Assembly: GCA_963765675.1 (NCBI GenBank)
Contig: CAVXXK010000004.1
Span: forward strand, 192,001-256,000
DNA: 64,000 bases
Direction of reading: 5' to 3'
From: an uncultured delta proteobacterium
GTDB taxonomy: Bacteria > Desulfobacterota > Binatia > Binatales > Binataceae
Below, one piece after another: positions 38,365-47,208 of this stretch (position 1 is the first letter of the stretch; each line of letters starts with the position of its first letter). The translations under genes and the position numbers were made by a program. A model generated the notes under the pieces. That model was not told where the DNA came from, made no database searches, and saw only the letters and a list, made by a program, of their open reading frames with translations.

Positions 38365-38566
38365 CTATAGAATAGTCCTGATGATGGTTTCGCGGCCGAT
38401 CTGCTTTGCCCCCAATCCGACTTGGAATCGAACGCGATGCGCCCGGCGCGCCACCCGACAATCTCCCGTAAACCGCCATCCACCGCAAGGTGATGTGCCA
38501 GCCGGGGCAAGGGTAGATTTCAGGGCGCATCTTGAAATCCGGCGCGGTGCAGGCGATCAAATCTAC

Positions 38567-39094
38567 ATGGAGCGAATCTGGATCACGCGGCGCGCGATGA
38601 GCGGGCTGATTTTTCTTGCGGCAATTGCCGCTGCCGGATGCTGGCATCAGTCGCCCGAGGCCGCCGAGAAGGCGGAAATCTTAAAACAGTGCAACGCTGG
38701 CGAGATTGATTGCGTCAGCCCTGCGGACTCGAAGACCACCATCAAGTGCCAGTCCGGTGACATGCCCTCGTGCCAGGCGCTGGCCGCGAAAAAATGCGAC
38801 CGCGGCGATCAGCACGTATGCCAATCGCTCGCGGTCATCTATTCGCAACTGCAGCCCCTGTGCACGGCAGGCAACAAGGCCGCATGTACCGACATGCAGA
38901 CCTCGTGGCCGGACCCCAGCTTCTGGCGCGTTGATTCGCAGCTCGCCGCGGCGCAGGCCGCGTGCAAGTCGGGCGATACGCAATCCTGCCAGGCGCTCGG
39001 CACGACGGTACATCCCGCGGGCGGCCGCCTCATATGGCTCCAGGACTACGTGAGCCCCGCCGCAGCGGCGTCTGCCAAGGCTCCCACTCAGTAA
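38567..39094 (+). CDS. Cysteine-repeat lipoprotein (Sel1/HCP-like)
   Basis: Lipobox IAAAG|C; five C-x2-G-[DEN]-x2-3-C units. Confidence 0.65.
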   Translation: MERIWITRRAMSGLIFLAAIAAAGCWHQSPEAAEKAEILKQCNAGEIDCVSPADSKTTIKCQSGDMPSCQALAAKKCDRGDQHVCQSLAVIYSQLQPLCTAGNKAACTDMQTSWPDPSFWRVDSQLAAAQAACKSGDTQSCQALGTTVHPAGGRLIWLQDYVSPAAAASAKAPTQ

Positions 39095-39106
39095 CCTCCG
39101 TCAGGC

Positions 39107-40156
39107 TCAGACGGTATTGCGGCGCTTGTCAAACTCGATCGCGACGCGTTCGTCTTCAGCGCTCAGCGCCGCCGAATCGATGTCCGCGAACGAGAGCACA
39201 TTCATATCCGCGTAAGCCTTCTGCACCTTTGGGCCCCATAGGCCGATATCCTTTATCGCCGGGACGATCCGGGTGAACAATCCCGCGCGGAACTGCTGCA
39301 TTCCCTCGGAGTTTTCCTCCCATTCGATACATTCCTTGACCGGCAGCCCCAGCCGCTCGTAGACATCCTGCGAGTTGAATCGATCGCGCATCGTGTAGCA
39401 CGCCTCGACCACGAACTCCTCGCGCTCGTCGCGCTCCTTGTGGCTGAGATGCGGATAATACTCGCGCAGCGCCAGGCGTCCGAAAGCGACGTGACGCGCT
39501 TCGTCTTGCATCACGTAGGCATTGACCGCGGCGGCGAGCGGATTCTTCGCCATGTCGCGAATTCCGGCAAAGGCGGCCAGCGCCAGTCCCTCGATCAGCA
39601 CCTGCATCCCGAGGTAGGTCATATCCCATCGCGAATCGCTGATGATTCCTTCGAGCAACGACTTCAGTGGCGGCGTGATCGGGTACACGATGTCGAATTT
39701 CTCGTGCAGCAGGCGCGAATAAACCTCGACGTGGCGCGCCTCATCGATCACCTGGGTGGCAGCATAAAACTTGGCGTCGATATTGGGCACCTGCTGGACG
39801 ATCTTCGCGGTGCAGATCAGCGCGCCCTGCTCTCCATGCAGAAACTGCGACAGGTTATTGGCCTGATCGTGGCGGCGCAGCTCGGCGCGCTCCTTGGCGT
39901 TCATCCGGTTCCAGACTTCCGAACCGAAGATCGAAAGCGCCTCGTCCGGCATCTCTTCCGGGTTTTCGGGATCAAGATTCTGCGACCAGTCGATCCGGTT
40001 GGTCGCGTTCCATTGCAGGTTCTTGCCCTTCTCGTACAGGCGGCGCAGCGATTCGCTGCCGTCCTGGTATTCCCACTTGAAGGCGGAGTCGAACTTGCTC
40101 GGCACCGCCCATTCCAAGGCTTCGAGCGGCAGTTGATAACGTTCCTGTGTACTCAT
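39107..40156 (-). CDS. Ferritin-like diiron protein (AurF-like)
   Basis: SQFLHGEQGAL, DEARHVE, IEGLALAAF, QDEARHVAFG. Confidence 0.85.
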   Translation of the reverse strand: MSTQERYQLPLEALEWAVPSKFDSAFKWEYQDGSESLRRLYEKGKNLQWNATNRIDWSQNLDPENPEEMPDEALSIFGSEVWNRMNAKERAELRRHDQANNLSQFLHGEQGALICTAKIVQQVPNIDAKFYAATQVIDEARHVEVYSRLLHEKFDIVYPITPPLKSLLEGIISDSRWDMTYLGMQVLIEGLALAAFAGIRDMAKNPLAAAVNAYVMQDEARHVAFGRLALREYYPHLSHKERDEREEFVVEACYTMRDRFNSQDVYERLGLPVKECIEWEENSEGMQQFRAGLFTRIVPAIKDIGLWGPKVQKAYADMNVLSFADIDSAALSAEDERVAIEFDKRRNTV

Positions 40157-40192
40157 TGGCTGCTCCTGTTATTACTCAGTTACTATTATGCT

Positions 40193-41437
40193 TCATTGGA
40201 CGGAATCGACCGCGTTTGCGCGCGCGATTCGCCCCAGATGCTCCGCGCTTGGATGCACGATTCGGCGCTGCGTCGCGCGATCGACCGCAATCAGGCCGAA
40301 AGTCGGCCGGTAACCCAATAGCCATTCGTAGTTGTCCAGCATCGACCAGTAGAAAAATCCCCGCACGTCGATCCCGTCACGGATACATCCGAGAACCCCG
40401 TCGAGCGCGCCATCGATAAACGCGACCCGTCTCGAATCGTCGCCCGCCGCGATTCCGTTTTCGGTCACGATTATCGGAACCTTCGGCGCTGCGGCAGCCG
40501 CGCGCCGAATCGCGGCCGAAAGCGCTTGCGGCCGGAATTCGTAGCCCATCAGGGTCAGTTCGGCGCCGGGTTCCGGAGCAAGCCGCCCCTTCGGGCCAAG
40601 GCGCTGTCGCGTGTAGTTCTGAACGCCGATAAAATCGTCGGCGCGCGCGGCTTCAAGGAAAGGCCTCTCGGCCGCCAGCGCCGCGTCGAGCAGCGCCTCG
40701 CCGCCGGGCGCCGCCTCATATTCTTCCATCGCAACCGTCATCCCGATCGGGAACTTGCCGCGTCCCGAGCGCAACGCCTGCGCGCCCAAGCGATGCCCTC
40801 GCAGCATCACGTCGAGGCAGATCGTCCGGGTGCAGAATGGGAACGCGGAAAATCCCTCGGGCGCGACTCCAGCCGCCCAAGCCGCGGCCCCGCGCAATCG
40901 CGAACGCGCTATTTTCTCATCCGGCGCGATAAGGCCGGTCGTCTGCAGCATCTGCACCGAGTTAAGCTCGTTGATCGTGCATGCGGACGAGATCAAGTCG
41001 CCCAGCTCGCGAGCGACGCGCTCGCAATAGCGCGCGAAAAGCTCTGCAGTATCGGCAGCTTCCCACCCACCCTGCGCCGCGATCCATCGCGGGCTGGTGA
41101 AGTGATGCAGCGTCACCATCGGCGCGATGCGATGCTCATGGCAGGTGGCGAGGACGCGCCGGTAATGCTCGAGCGCGGCGGCTGAGAATTCGCCCGGCTC
41201 AGGCTCGACGCGCGCCCATTCGATACTGAAGCGATACGAGTTGAAGCCGAGCCCCGCCAGCAGCGAGATATCGTCGCGGTAGAGATGATACTGGTCGCAG
41301 GCGTCGCCGGACGGTTCGACGAACGGAGTAGGCTTCACATGTTCGAGCAGCCAGCAATCGCTGTTCGAGTTGCCGCCTTCGACCTGATGGGCGGCGGTAG
41401 CAGTGCCCCACAAGAAGTTTTCTGGAAATTTCGTCAT
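40193..41437 (-). CDS. Glycoside hydrolase family 1 (beta-glucosidase)
   Basis: FPENFLWGTATAAHQVEG, YRFSIEWAR, TINE (acid/base), VTENG (nucleophile), DNYEW. Confidence 0.93.
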   Translation of the reverse strand: MTKFPENFLWGTATAAHQVEGGNSNSDCWLLEHVKPTPFVEPSGDACDQYHLYRDDISLLAGLGFNSYRFSIEWARVEPEPGEFSAAALEHYRRVLATCHEHRIAPMVTLHHFTSPRWIAAQGGWEAADTAELFARYCERVARELGDLISSACTINELNSVQMLQTTGLIAPDEKIARSRLRGAAAWAAGVAPEGFSAFPFCTRTICLDVMLRGHRLGAQALRSGRGKFPIGMTVAMEEYEAAPGGEALLDAALAAERPFLEAARADDFIGVQNYTRQRLGPKGRLAPEPGAELTLMGYEFRPQALSAAIRRAAAAAPKVPIIVTENGIAAGDDSRRVAFIDGALDGVLGCIRDGIDVRGFFYWSMLDNYEWLLGYRPTFGLIAVDRATQRRIVHPSAEHLGRIARANAVDSVQ

Positions 41438-41457
41438 CGATAATTCCACCGCAACTG

Positions 41458-41907
41458 TTACGGTGCGGGCGGCCCCATCGCCGCGATGATGCAGCCCTTC
41501 GCGGCAAGCTCTTTCGCCAGCGCGCGCCGCGTGTCGATCACGCTCTGGAGCCGATGTGCGCGATAGGCCTTCACCTCGGCGGCGGTGTAGGGCTTGAAAT
41601 CCGGCGGCAGCTCGGCGCGGCTGAACGTATCGAGCATCCAATTGAGGATCGTTGCGGTCTGCGCATCGTCGAGCGCAGAATTTTCGACTCCCGGCACCTG
41701 CACCAGGTACGCGCGTCCCTCCGGAATCCTCAGAAAATATCCCATCGAATGCGCAAGGCGCGGCACCGTGCCCGGAATTCCCTTCGCTCCCGCACCGTGA
41801 CATCCCCAGCAGTTGAGCGTGTACAGCTCCGCCGGGGATTCCGCGCGCGCCAAAAGCGGCGCTGCAAATATCGCCGCGACCGTCAGGATCGCCAGAGCGC
41901 GGCGCAT
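41458..41907 (-). CDS. Periplasmic cytochrome c
   Basis: Signal peptide MRRALAIL...ARA; CWGCH; GRAYLVQVPG. Confidence 0.85.
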   Translation of the reverse strand: MRRALAILTVAAIFAAPLLARAESPAELYTLNCWGCHGAGAKGIPGTVPRLAHSMGYFLRIPEGRAYLVQVPGVENSALDDAQTATILNWMLDTFSRAELPPDFKPYTAAEVKAYRAHRLQSVIDTRRALAKELAAKGCIIAAMGPPAP

Positions 41908-41909
41908 CG

Positions 41910-42422
41910 CTAATGCGCCTTCATCGCGGACGGCGCACTGGCGGCGACGCCTGCCGGCTTCACGATCGTCTCGCGCTCGGCGCGCACTTGATCGAAGCTC
42001 AGATGCGTCGCGCGCAGATGCTTTACTTCGGCGGCGGTGTAGGGTTTGAAATCGGCGGGCAAAATCTTCGGATTGAAGGTCGTGAGGATATAGTTCAGCA
42101 CCGCCGCGACATCCGCGTCGCTGAGCTGCGTCCACGGCTGCATTAACCCATTGTATTCGGTGCCGTCCGACTCGATCGTTCCGGTCATCCCGAACGACAC
42201 CACCTGCACCAGGTATGCGCGGCCGGCCTGCGTACGAACGTAGTTGCCGACGGTGCCGGCGAGCGACGGGTAGGTTTCCGGAACGCCCCTCCCGTTGTTC
42301 TGGTGGCAGACAGCGCAATTCGCCGCGAACACACTCGCGCCCGAGGCGCGCGCCGTTCCACCGAGCGGCAGCATCAGCAGAATTGCGATCAGGATTGACC
42401 ACCGATTTCTCCCCGGCTTCAT
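41910..42422 (-). CDS. Periplasmic cytochrome c
   Basis: Signal peptide; CAVCH; YPSLAG; YNGLM (axial Met). Confidence 0.88.
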   Translation of the reverse strand: MKPGRNRWSILIAILLMLPLGGTARASGASVFAANCAVCHQNNGRGVPETYPSLAGTVGNYVRTQAGRAYLVQVVSFGMTGTIESDGTEYNGLMQPWTQLSDADVAAVLNYILTTFNPKILPADFKPYTAAEVKHLRATHLSFDQVRAERETIVKPAGVAASAPSAMKAH

Positions 42423-43048
42423 CTCGACGGCGTGGAGGTCGGACGCGCGTGCTGATGCGCCGCGTGCAGATATTCCTGGATTGACGCGACCCCGCGTTCC
42501 TTGGCTTCGAGCAAGCTCTCCAGATGCTCGCGCGTGTTGATAAGGCCCTTGGCGCGCACGATTCCCGCCTCATCGATCAACACGGCGTATGGCAGTTTGG
42601 CGACGCGATAGGTCATCCCGAGCTCCTGCGAAAGCACATAGGGAAACTCGCCCAGGTTTTGCGCGGCGACGAAGCGCTCGTGCTCTTCGCGCTCGCCGTC
42701 GCTGGCGAGAAAAATTTGCAGCGCCTGTCCGCCCGAGGCATTGAAGGACTTCAGAATCGGCAACATCTTCTTGCACACCGGACAGGTCGGCGAAAGAAAA
42801 AACAGCAGTGTGCCGAGTCCGCGTGCGTTCGGACCGCCAATCATCACCGGACGGCGGCGCAGATCGGCAAGCTCGAAAATCGGCGCGGCCTCGCCTTCCT
42901 TGGGACCTTTATCGATCGTGAGCGCGCCCATCGGCGCGACCCGCTCGTGCAGCACGCCGATCTGGCGCAAGAGCGCGAGCTGCAATCCCGCCATCACGAT
43001 CATCAGGATCCACAGCACGACCTGCGATATGAGGAGTGCGTGCGACAT
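42419..43048 (-). CDS. mauD: Methylamine dehydrogenase accessory protein MauD
   Basis: LLRQIGVLHERVAPMGAL, SPTCPVCK, LPYAVLID, KGLINTREHLESL. Confidence 0.9.
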   Translation of the reverse strand: MSHALLISQVVLWILMIVMAGLQLALLRQIGVLHERVAPMGALTIDKGPKEGEAAPIFELADLRRRPVMIGGPNARGLGTLLFFLSPTCPVCKKMLPILKSFNASGGQALQIFLASDGEREEHERFVAAQNLGEFPYVLSQELGMTYRVAKLPYAVLIDEAGIVRAKGLINTREHLESLLEAKERGVASIQEYLHAAHQHARPTSTPSR

Positions 43049-43049
43049 C

Positions 43050-43586
43050 TCAAAGCATCTCAAGAGCGCGCGTTCGCGGTGCGTTGGCGATCGCGTAATT
43101 GGCGCTTAAATACAGCATAACCAGCGTGACGGCGCCGCACGCGATCGTCACAAAATCGACCGGTTCGAGCGCGCGCGGAGCGTTCGGAAGCTCGAGCAGG
43201 AGAGCGGCGGCTATCAAAACTAGATTGCGCACCAGGAGCGACCCGCCCAGCTCCTGGCGGAGCGCCGGGCCGAAGCATCCGCAATCGATATCGCGCCGTC
43301 CTCGGACGAGGTTGACTGCGATCGCGCCACAGAAGACTCCGAGTAGAATCATCAGGGCGGCAGCGGCGGCAGCTCGCGTCGAGGTAAACAAAATTCCTGC
43401 GGCGCAGGCCGATTCGCAAAGCGGCACTGCCCACGCGATCGGCCTCTCGAGCCAGCCCGGGACGAGACGATAATTCGCGACCGCGCCCTCGAACAGATCG
43501 AGGTCGACGAACTTCGCGGCCGCGGATCCGGCGAAGATCGCCGCAAGCGCAATCGCGACCAGGTACTGGATAGCGGGATCGAGCAC
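43050..43586 (-). CDS. mauE: MauE/DoxX family membrane protein
   Basis: AVANYRL, NLVRGRRDIDCGCFG, LVRN; adjacent to mauD. Confidence 0.88.
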   Translation of the reverse strand: MLDPAIQYLVAIALAAIFAGSAAAKFVDLDLFEGAVANYRLVPGWLERPIAWAVPLCESACAAGILFTSTRAAAAAALMILLGVFCGAIAVNLVRGRRDIDCGCFGPALRQELGGSLLVRNLVLIAAALLLELPNAPRALEPVDFVTIACGAVTLVMLYLSANYAIANAPRTRALEML

Positions 43587-43708
43587 TCGGGCGAGTAATA
43601 ACCCAAAGCGCGATTACTGATCAAGCCTGATCAAACGGTCAGAGCGTCATGTGAAACGGCGAATCTGGCCGGCGACGAATCATTAGTCGCAGGATCGCCC
43701 TTGCGCGG

Positions 43709-44347
43709 TCAGCCGGTCGCGACCGGATCGGCTTCGAGACCGGCCAGATTGCGGATACTGGGCCGCTCGAGCATCCGCTTCAGCCACGCATCGACCTGCG
43801 CATGATTGCCGATCGTGTCGATGCCAAGATGCGGCAGCACCAGCAGGCGCGGCGCGAACGCGATATCGGCGACCGAAAATTCTCCCGCCAGGAATTGCTG
43901 TCCCTGGAGTTGCTGCTCGAGGTAGATGAGCACGCGCTCGACCCCCTGATGCAGCCGTTGGATCCGGTTCTGGTCGCGTTCGCCCTCGGGCTTGGCTACC
44001 TCTGAAATCAACTGGCCGACCTGCGGGGTAAAGGAAGTGTCGGCAAAGTCCTCGAAGGTGCGCGCGCGCGAGCGCAGTGCGCTCGCGCCAACGGCGGGCA
44101 GAACCGGAGGCTCGGGATATTCGTCCTCGAGATACTCGTTGATGATCGTCGAATCGTAAATCGTGGTGTCGTCGTCCACCAGTACCGGCACGCGGCCGAA
44201 CGGGTTGAGCCGCAGGAATTCCTGCTTGCGATGCTCTCCGCCGGCGAGATCGACCGTCACGAGGTCGTAGGTGAGACTCTTTTCGGCCAGCACGATTCGC
44301 ACCTTCTGGCCATAAGGGCAGGACAGGAAGTCGTAGAGTTTGATCAT
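43709..44347 (-). CDS. Glutathione S-transferase family protein
   Basis: SCPYGQKVRI, LNPFGRVPVL, DSTIINEYL, FSVADIA. Confidence 0.92.
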   Translation of the reverse strand: MIKLYDFLSCPYGQKVRIVLAEKSLTYDLVTVDLAGGEHRKQEFLRLNPFGRVPVLVDDDTTIYDSTIINEYLEDEYPEPPVLPAVGASALRSRARTFEDFADTSFTPQVGQLISEVAKPEGERDQNRIQRLHQGVERVLIYLEQQLQGQQFLAGEFSVADIAFAPRLLVLPHLGIDTIGNHAQVDAWLKRMLERPSIRNLAGLEADPVATG

Positions 44348-44360
44348 ATCGGGCAAAGCC

Positions 44361-44810
44361 TCATTCCGCCGCAACCTGTAACTTCAAGCTCGCCTCAACC
44401 TCCGCGTCGAGCTTGATCGGGACCGTGAAATCGCCGAGCGCCTTGATCGGCTCGGGAAGGATGATCTTGCGCCGCTGGAGGTCGAAGCCCCGGGCGCGCA
44501 GCGCGCGTTCAATATCAATATTGGTGACCGAGCCGAACAGCTTGCCTTCCTCTCCGGCGCGCGCCTTGATTTCGAGGACGATCGCCTCGATCTTCTCCTT
44601 GATCGTCATCGAGAGGGTCTTCTGCCGCTCGCGCTTGACCATCGCGGTGGCCTTCTGATGCTCGAAGGCGCGCAGGTTCCTGGGGTTCGCCTCGACAGCG
44701 AGCGCGCGCGGCAGCAGGTAGTTGCGTGCAAAGCCGGCGCGGACCTTGACCACGTCGCCGGTGCGGCCGAGATTGGGAACGTCTTCGTTGAGAATCAGTT
44801 GCACATTCAT
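44361..44810 (-). CDS. rplI: 50S ribosomal protein L9
   Basis: LGRTGDVVKVRAGFARNYLLP, GKLFGSVT. Confidence 0.97.
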   Translation of the reverse strand: MNVQLILNEDVPNLGRTGDVVKVRAGFARNYLLPRALAVEANPRNLRAFEHQKATAMVKRERQKTLSMTIKEKIEAIVLEIKARAGEEGKLFGSVTNIDIERALRARGFDLQRRKIILPEPIKALGDFTVPIKLDAEVEASLKLQVAAE

Positions 44811-44842
44811 AGCTTGTTAGCGCCTCGCTCGCGCGCCCTCTT

Positions 44843-45814
44843 TTAGAGAAAATCCCCGTAGTTGCCGGCTTCCTGACGCGGCGGCTTGAGCCGCCGGAAG
44901 TCGATCCACATATCGAAAACTCCGGCTACGCAAACCACCGCTGCCACTACCGGCTGAACGATCGTGATGAAATAAATTACGCCGCGGACGATCACCGGCA
45001 CCGACAACGACTGGAAATAAAACCCCATGATCGCGAGCCCCTGGCAGAAGTAGATCGCCGCGAACAGCAGGAACCCGTTGAGTGCGATATCGCCGATCGC
45101 ATGGATAGGAGCCAGCATTCCGAACCCGGTCGCGATCAGGCCCCAGATGAGCCATTCCGGCGCCGACCATTTGGACAGATCGGCGAACAGCGGATAGGCG
45201 AGTTTGTTCTTGCCACCCCAGCGCCAGAACAGGCGCAGATTTACTAATATCGCGAACCCCGCCAGCATCGCGGCGAGCGCTGGAGAAATTCGCATGATCA
45301 CGGAGAGGAGTTCCGCCTGCGTGTCCGCCGGGAGCGCGTTGGGCATCCCCATCGCGCGGTACATCTCCTGTCCGTGCGCCATCCCTGCCGCGAGTTGCGC
45401 CTGGACCGCGTTCGCAATCCCGGCCGGAGTACCGAACATCGCAAGCGCCGCGATCGCGCCGACGACCAGCATCGTCCCCGCGCCTGCGATCACGATCATC
45501 TCGAACGGACGGCGCCGCTCGAGCGTCCAGGCCATCACCACCGTCGCCAGGCCGAGGCTCAGCAGATAGCCGCCCGCGCCCTCAAGTCCGCCAACGATCG
45601 CGATCAGCACGGCGACCACCACGACTGAAATCGCGACGCGCAGTTCGGCGCGCGCGCGGCCGACGGCATAGAGCAGGATCGGCAGCGGCGCCAACAACAT
45701 CGCGAAAGCGCCGAAAAACGGGATGAGGCCGCCGGCGAGAAACAGCACCGCGGCCAGGGCGCACGCCCGGGTCATCGGGATTATTTCCCTGCCGATTATT
45801 TCCTTGCGCGTCAC
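44843..45814 (-). CDS. DUF2232/YybS family membrane protein
   Basis: Multi-TM, YFCQGLAI, GVFDMWIDFRR; position between rpsR and rplI. Confidence 0.85.
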   Translation of the reverse strand: MTRKEIIGREIIPMTRACALAAVLFLAGGLIPFFGAFAMLLAPLPILLYAVGRARAELRVAISVVVVAVLIAIVGGLEGAGGYLLSLGLATVVMAWTLERRRPFEMIVIAGAGTMLVVGAIAALAMFGTPAGIANAVQAQLAAGMAHGQEMYRAMGMPNALPADTQAELLSVIMRISPALAAMLAGFAILVNLRLFWRWGGKNKLAYPLFADLSKWSAPEWLIWGLIATGFGMLAPIHAIGDIALNGFLLFAAIYFCQGLAIMGFYFQSLSVPVIVRGVIYFITIVQPVVAAVVCVAGVFDMWIDFRRLKPPRQEAGNYGDFL

Positions 45815-45824
45815 TGATGCTCCG

Positions 45825-46184
45825 TCAGACTCCCAGGGTCGAGAACGGGAGCAGCGCGAGCACGCGCGCGCGTTTGATCGCGATCGCGAGCTGGCGCTGA
45901 TGCTTGGCGCAATTGCCCGAGGTGCGGCTGGGAACAATCTTGCCGCCTTCGGTGATAAAGCTGCCGAGCGTGCGCACGTCCTTGTAATCGACCTTCAATG
46001 TCTTGTCGGCGCAGAAGCGGCATACCTTGCGCCGTCCGCCCGGCCGCCGGCGCATCCCGCCGCGTCCGTCGCCACCGCGCTCACCGCCGCGATCTCCGTC
46101 GGGACGCGGACCGCGCCCGCCACCGCGCGAGCCTTCGTCGTTGCGCGGCCGGTCGCCGCCTTGATCCATTCTATCGTCTGCCAT
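45825..46184 (-). CDS. rpsR: 30S ribosomal protein S18 (zinc-binding form, Arg/Gly-rich N-terminal extension)
   Basis: [40 protein letters not shown]. Confidence 0.97.
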   Translation of the reverse strand: MADDRMDQGGDRPRNDEGSRGGGRGPRPDGDRGGERGGDGRGGMRRRPGGRRKVCRFCADKTLKVDYKDVRTLGSFITEGGKIVPSRTSGNCAKHQRQLAIAIKRARVLALLPFSTLGV

Positions 46185-46244
46185 TGCGATTCCTTAATTA
46201 CTATTTCGCAGCCGGCGTCAGGATGATCCCGATTCCGGCGGTTG

Positions 46245-46535
46245 TTATGCCTGTGCGCGAGCCTCGATTCGGCTTGCGACTACCTCGATTCCCGCCGTCC
46301 CTATCGCTCGCGACGCCGCGGCCCTGAGCCGCCCCGAAACCGCGACGACGGCGCCGCGCTTGAGCTCAGCGGCAATCTCGCGCGCCGCTTCCCCCGTCAT
46401 CACCACTTCGAGGCACAGCTTTTCGGCTGGCTCGGCACACTCGACACTGAAGTTCAAAACGGGTGTGCCGGCCGGGGTGACCCGAAGCTCCGGGGTGCGC
46501 GTCACGCGGCCCGTAAGCTCAATTCTGGTCGCCAC
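46245..46535 (-). CDS. priB: PriB-like short OB-fold single-stranded DNA binding protein
   Basis: GTG start; ELTGRV..PELRVTPAGTPVLNF, G.VVAVSGRL; ~96 aa, no acidic SSB tail; between rpsF and rpsR. Confidence 0.65.
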   Translation of the reverse strand: MATRIELTGRVTRTPELRVTPAGTPVLNFSVECAEPAEKLCLEVVMTGEAAREIAAELKRGAVVAVSGRLRAAASRAIGTAGIEVVASRIEARAQA

Positions 46536-47019
46536 CGCCCTCGGGGTCGATAGCGGTTGGATCCTCCGCCTCGGCCATGATTTCCTCTGGCGCGTCCGGC
46601 GTTTCCTGCTGGCGCTCGCGTTCGGCCTGCTGTGCTGCATATGCTGCGGCCCGCGCTTCGGCCGCGGCACGAGCCTCGGCGATACGCTGGTTGCGCGTCT
46701 CGATCTCCTCGCGCACCTTGGCCGCGTCGGCATTATCGTCCACCAGCACCGAGAGATAGCGCAGAACGGTGTCGGACAACTTTAGGTTGCGCTCGACTTC
46801 GTTCATCACGGCGCCATCCGAAAGGTAATCGAGGCGGACGTAGTAGCCGCGGCGCTCGCCCTTGATCCGGTAGGCAAGCTCGCGCGACCCCCACTCCTCG
46901 TTCTCGACCACCTCGCCCCCGCCCTGGGAGACGATAGTCGAGAAGCGCTTGATAGTATCCTTGATTTGGGGCTCGCCCTGGTCGGGGCGAAGAATAAAAA
47001 TTGTTTCGTAGCGCCTCAA
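46519..47019 (-). CDS. rpsF: 30S ribosomal protein S6 with acidic C-terminal extension
   Basis: MRRYETIFILRP, WGSRELAYRI, GYY, VLRYL. Confidence 0.97.
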   Translation of the reverse strand: MRRYETIFILRPDQGEPQIKDTIKRFSTIVSQGGGEVVENEEWGSRELAYRIKGERRGYYVRLDYLSDGAVMNEVERNLKLSDTVLRYLSVLVDDNADAAKVREEIETRNQRIAEARAAAEARAAAYAAQQAERERQQETPDAPEEIMAEAEDPTAIDPEGGGDQN

Positions 47020-47208
47020 AGCGCGCAGTCCTCCTTATGGTTTCTAGCCCCGAGTTTGGAGCAAGGAGCAAACGACTAAACTATCATCCGCGTATCTGCC
47101 TAACAAGCCTAAACTCCGAATATACCGAGAATATTCTCGCTACCCTTGAGATTAACACCCGCTCTGTTATTGAGAAGGACAAATATCCGGTCGCGCGACC
47201 CCAGGAGG

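Noticed and set aside
40193-41803. 536-aa ORF suggesting an extended or fused GH1
   Set aside because: The extension is an alternate frame over the cytochrome c gene; GH1 begins at MTKFPENF (41437).
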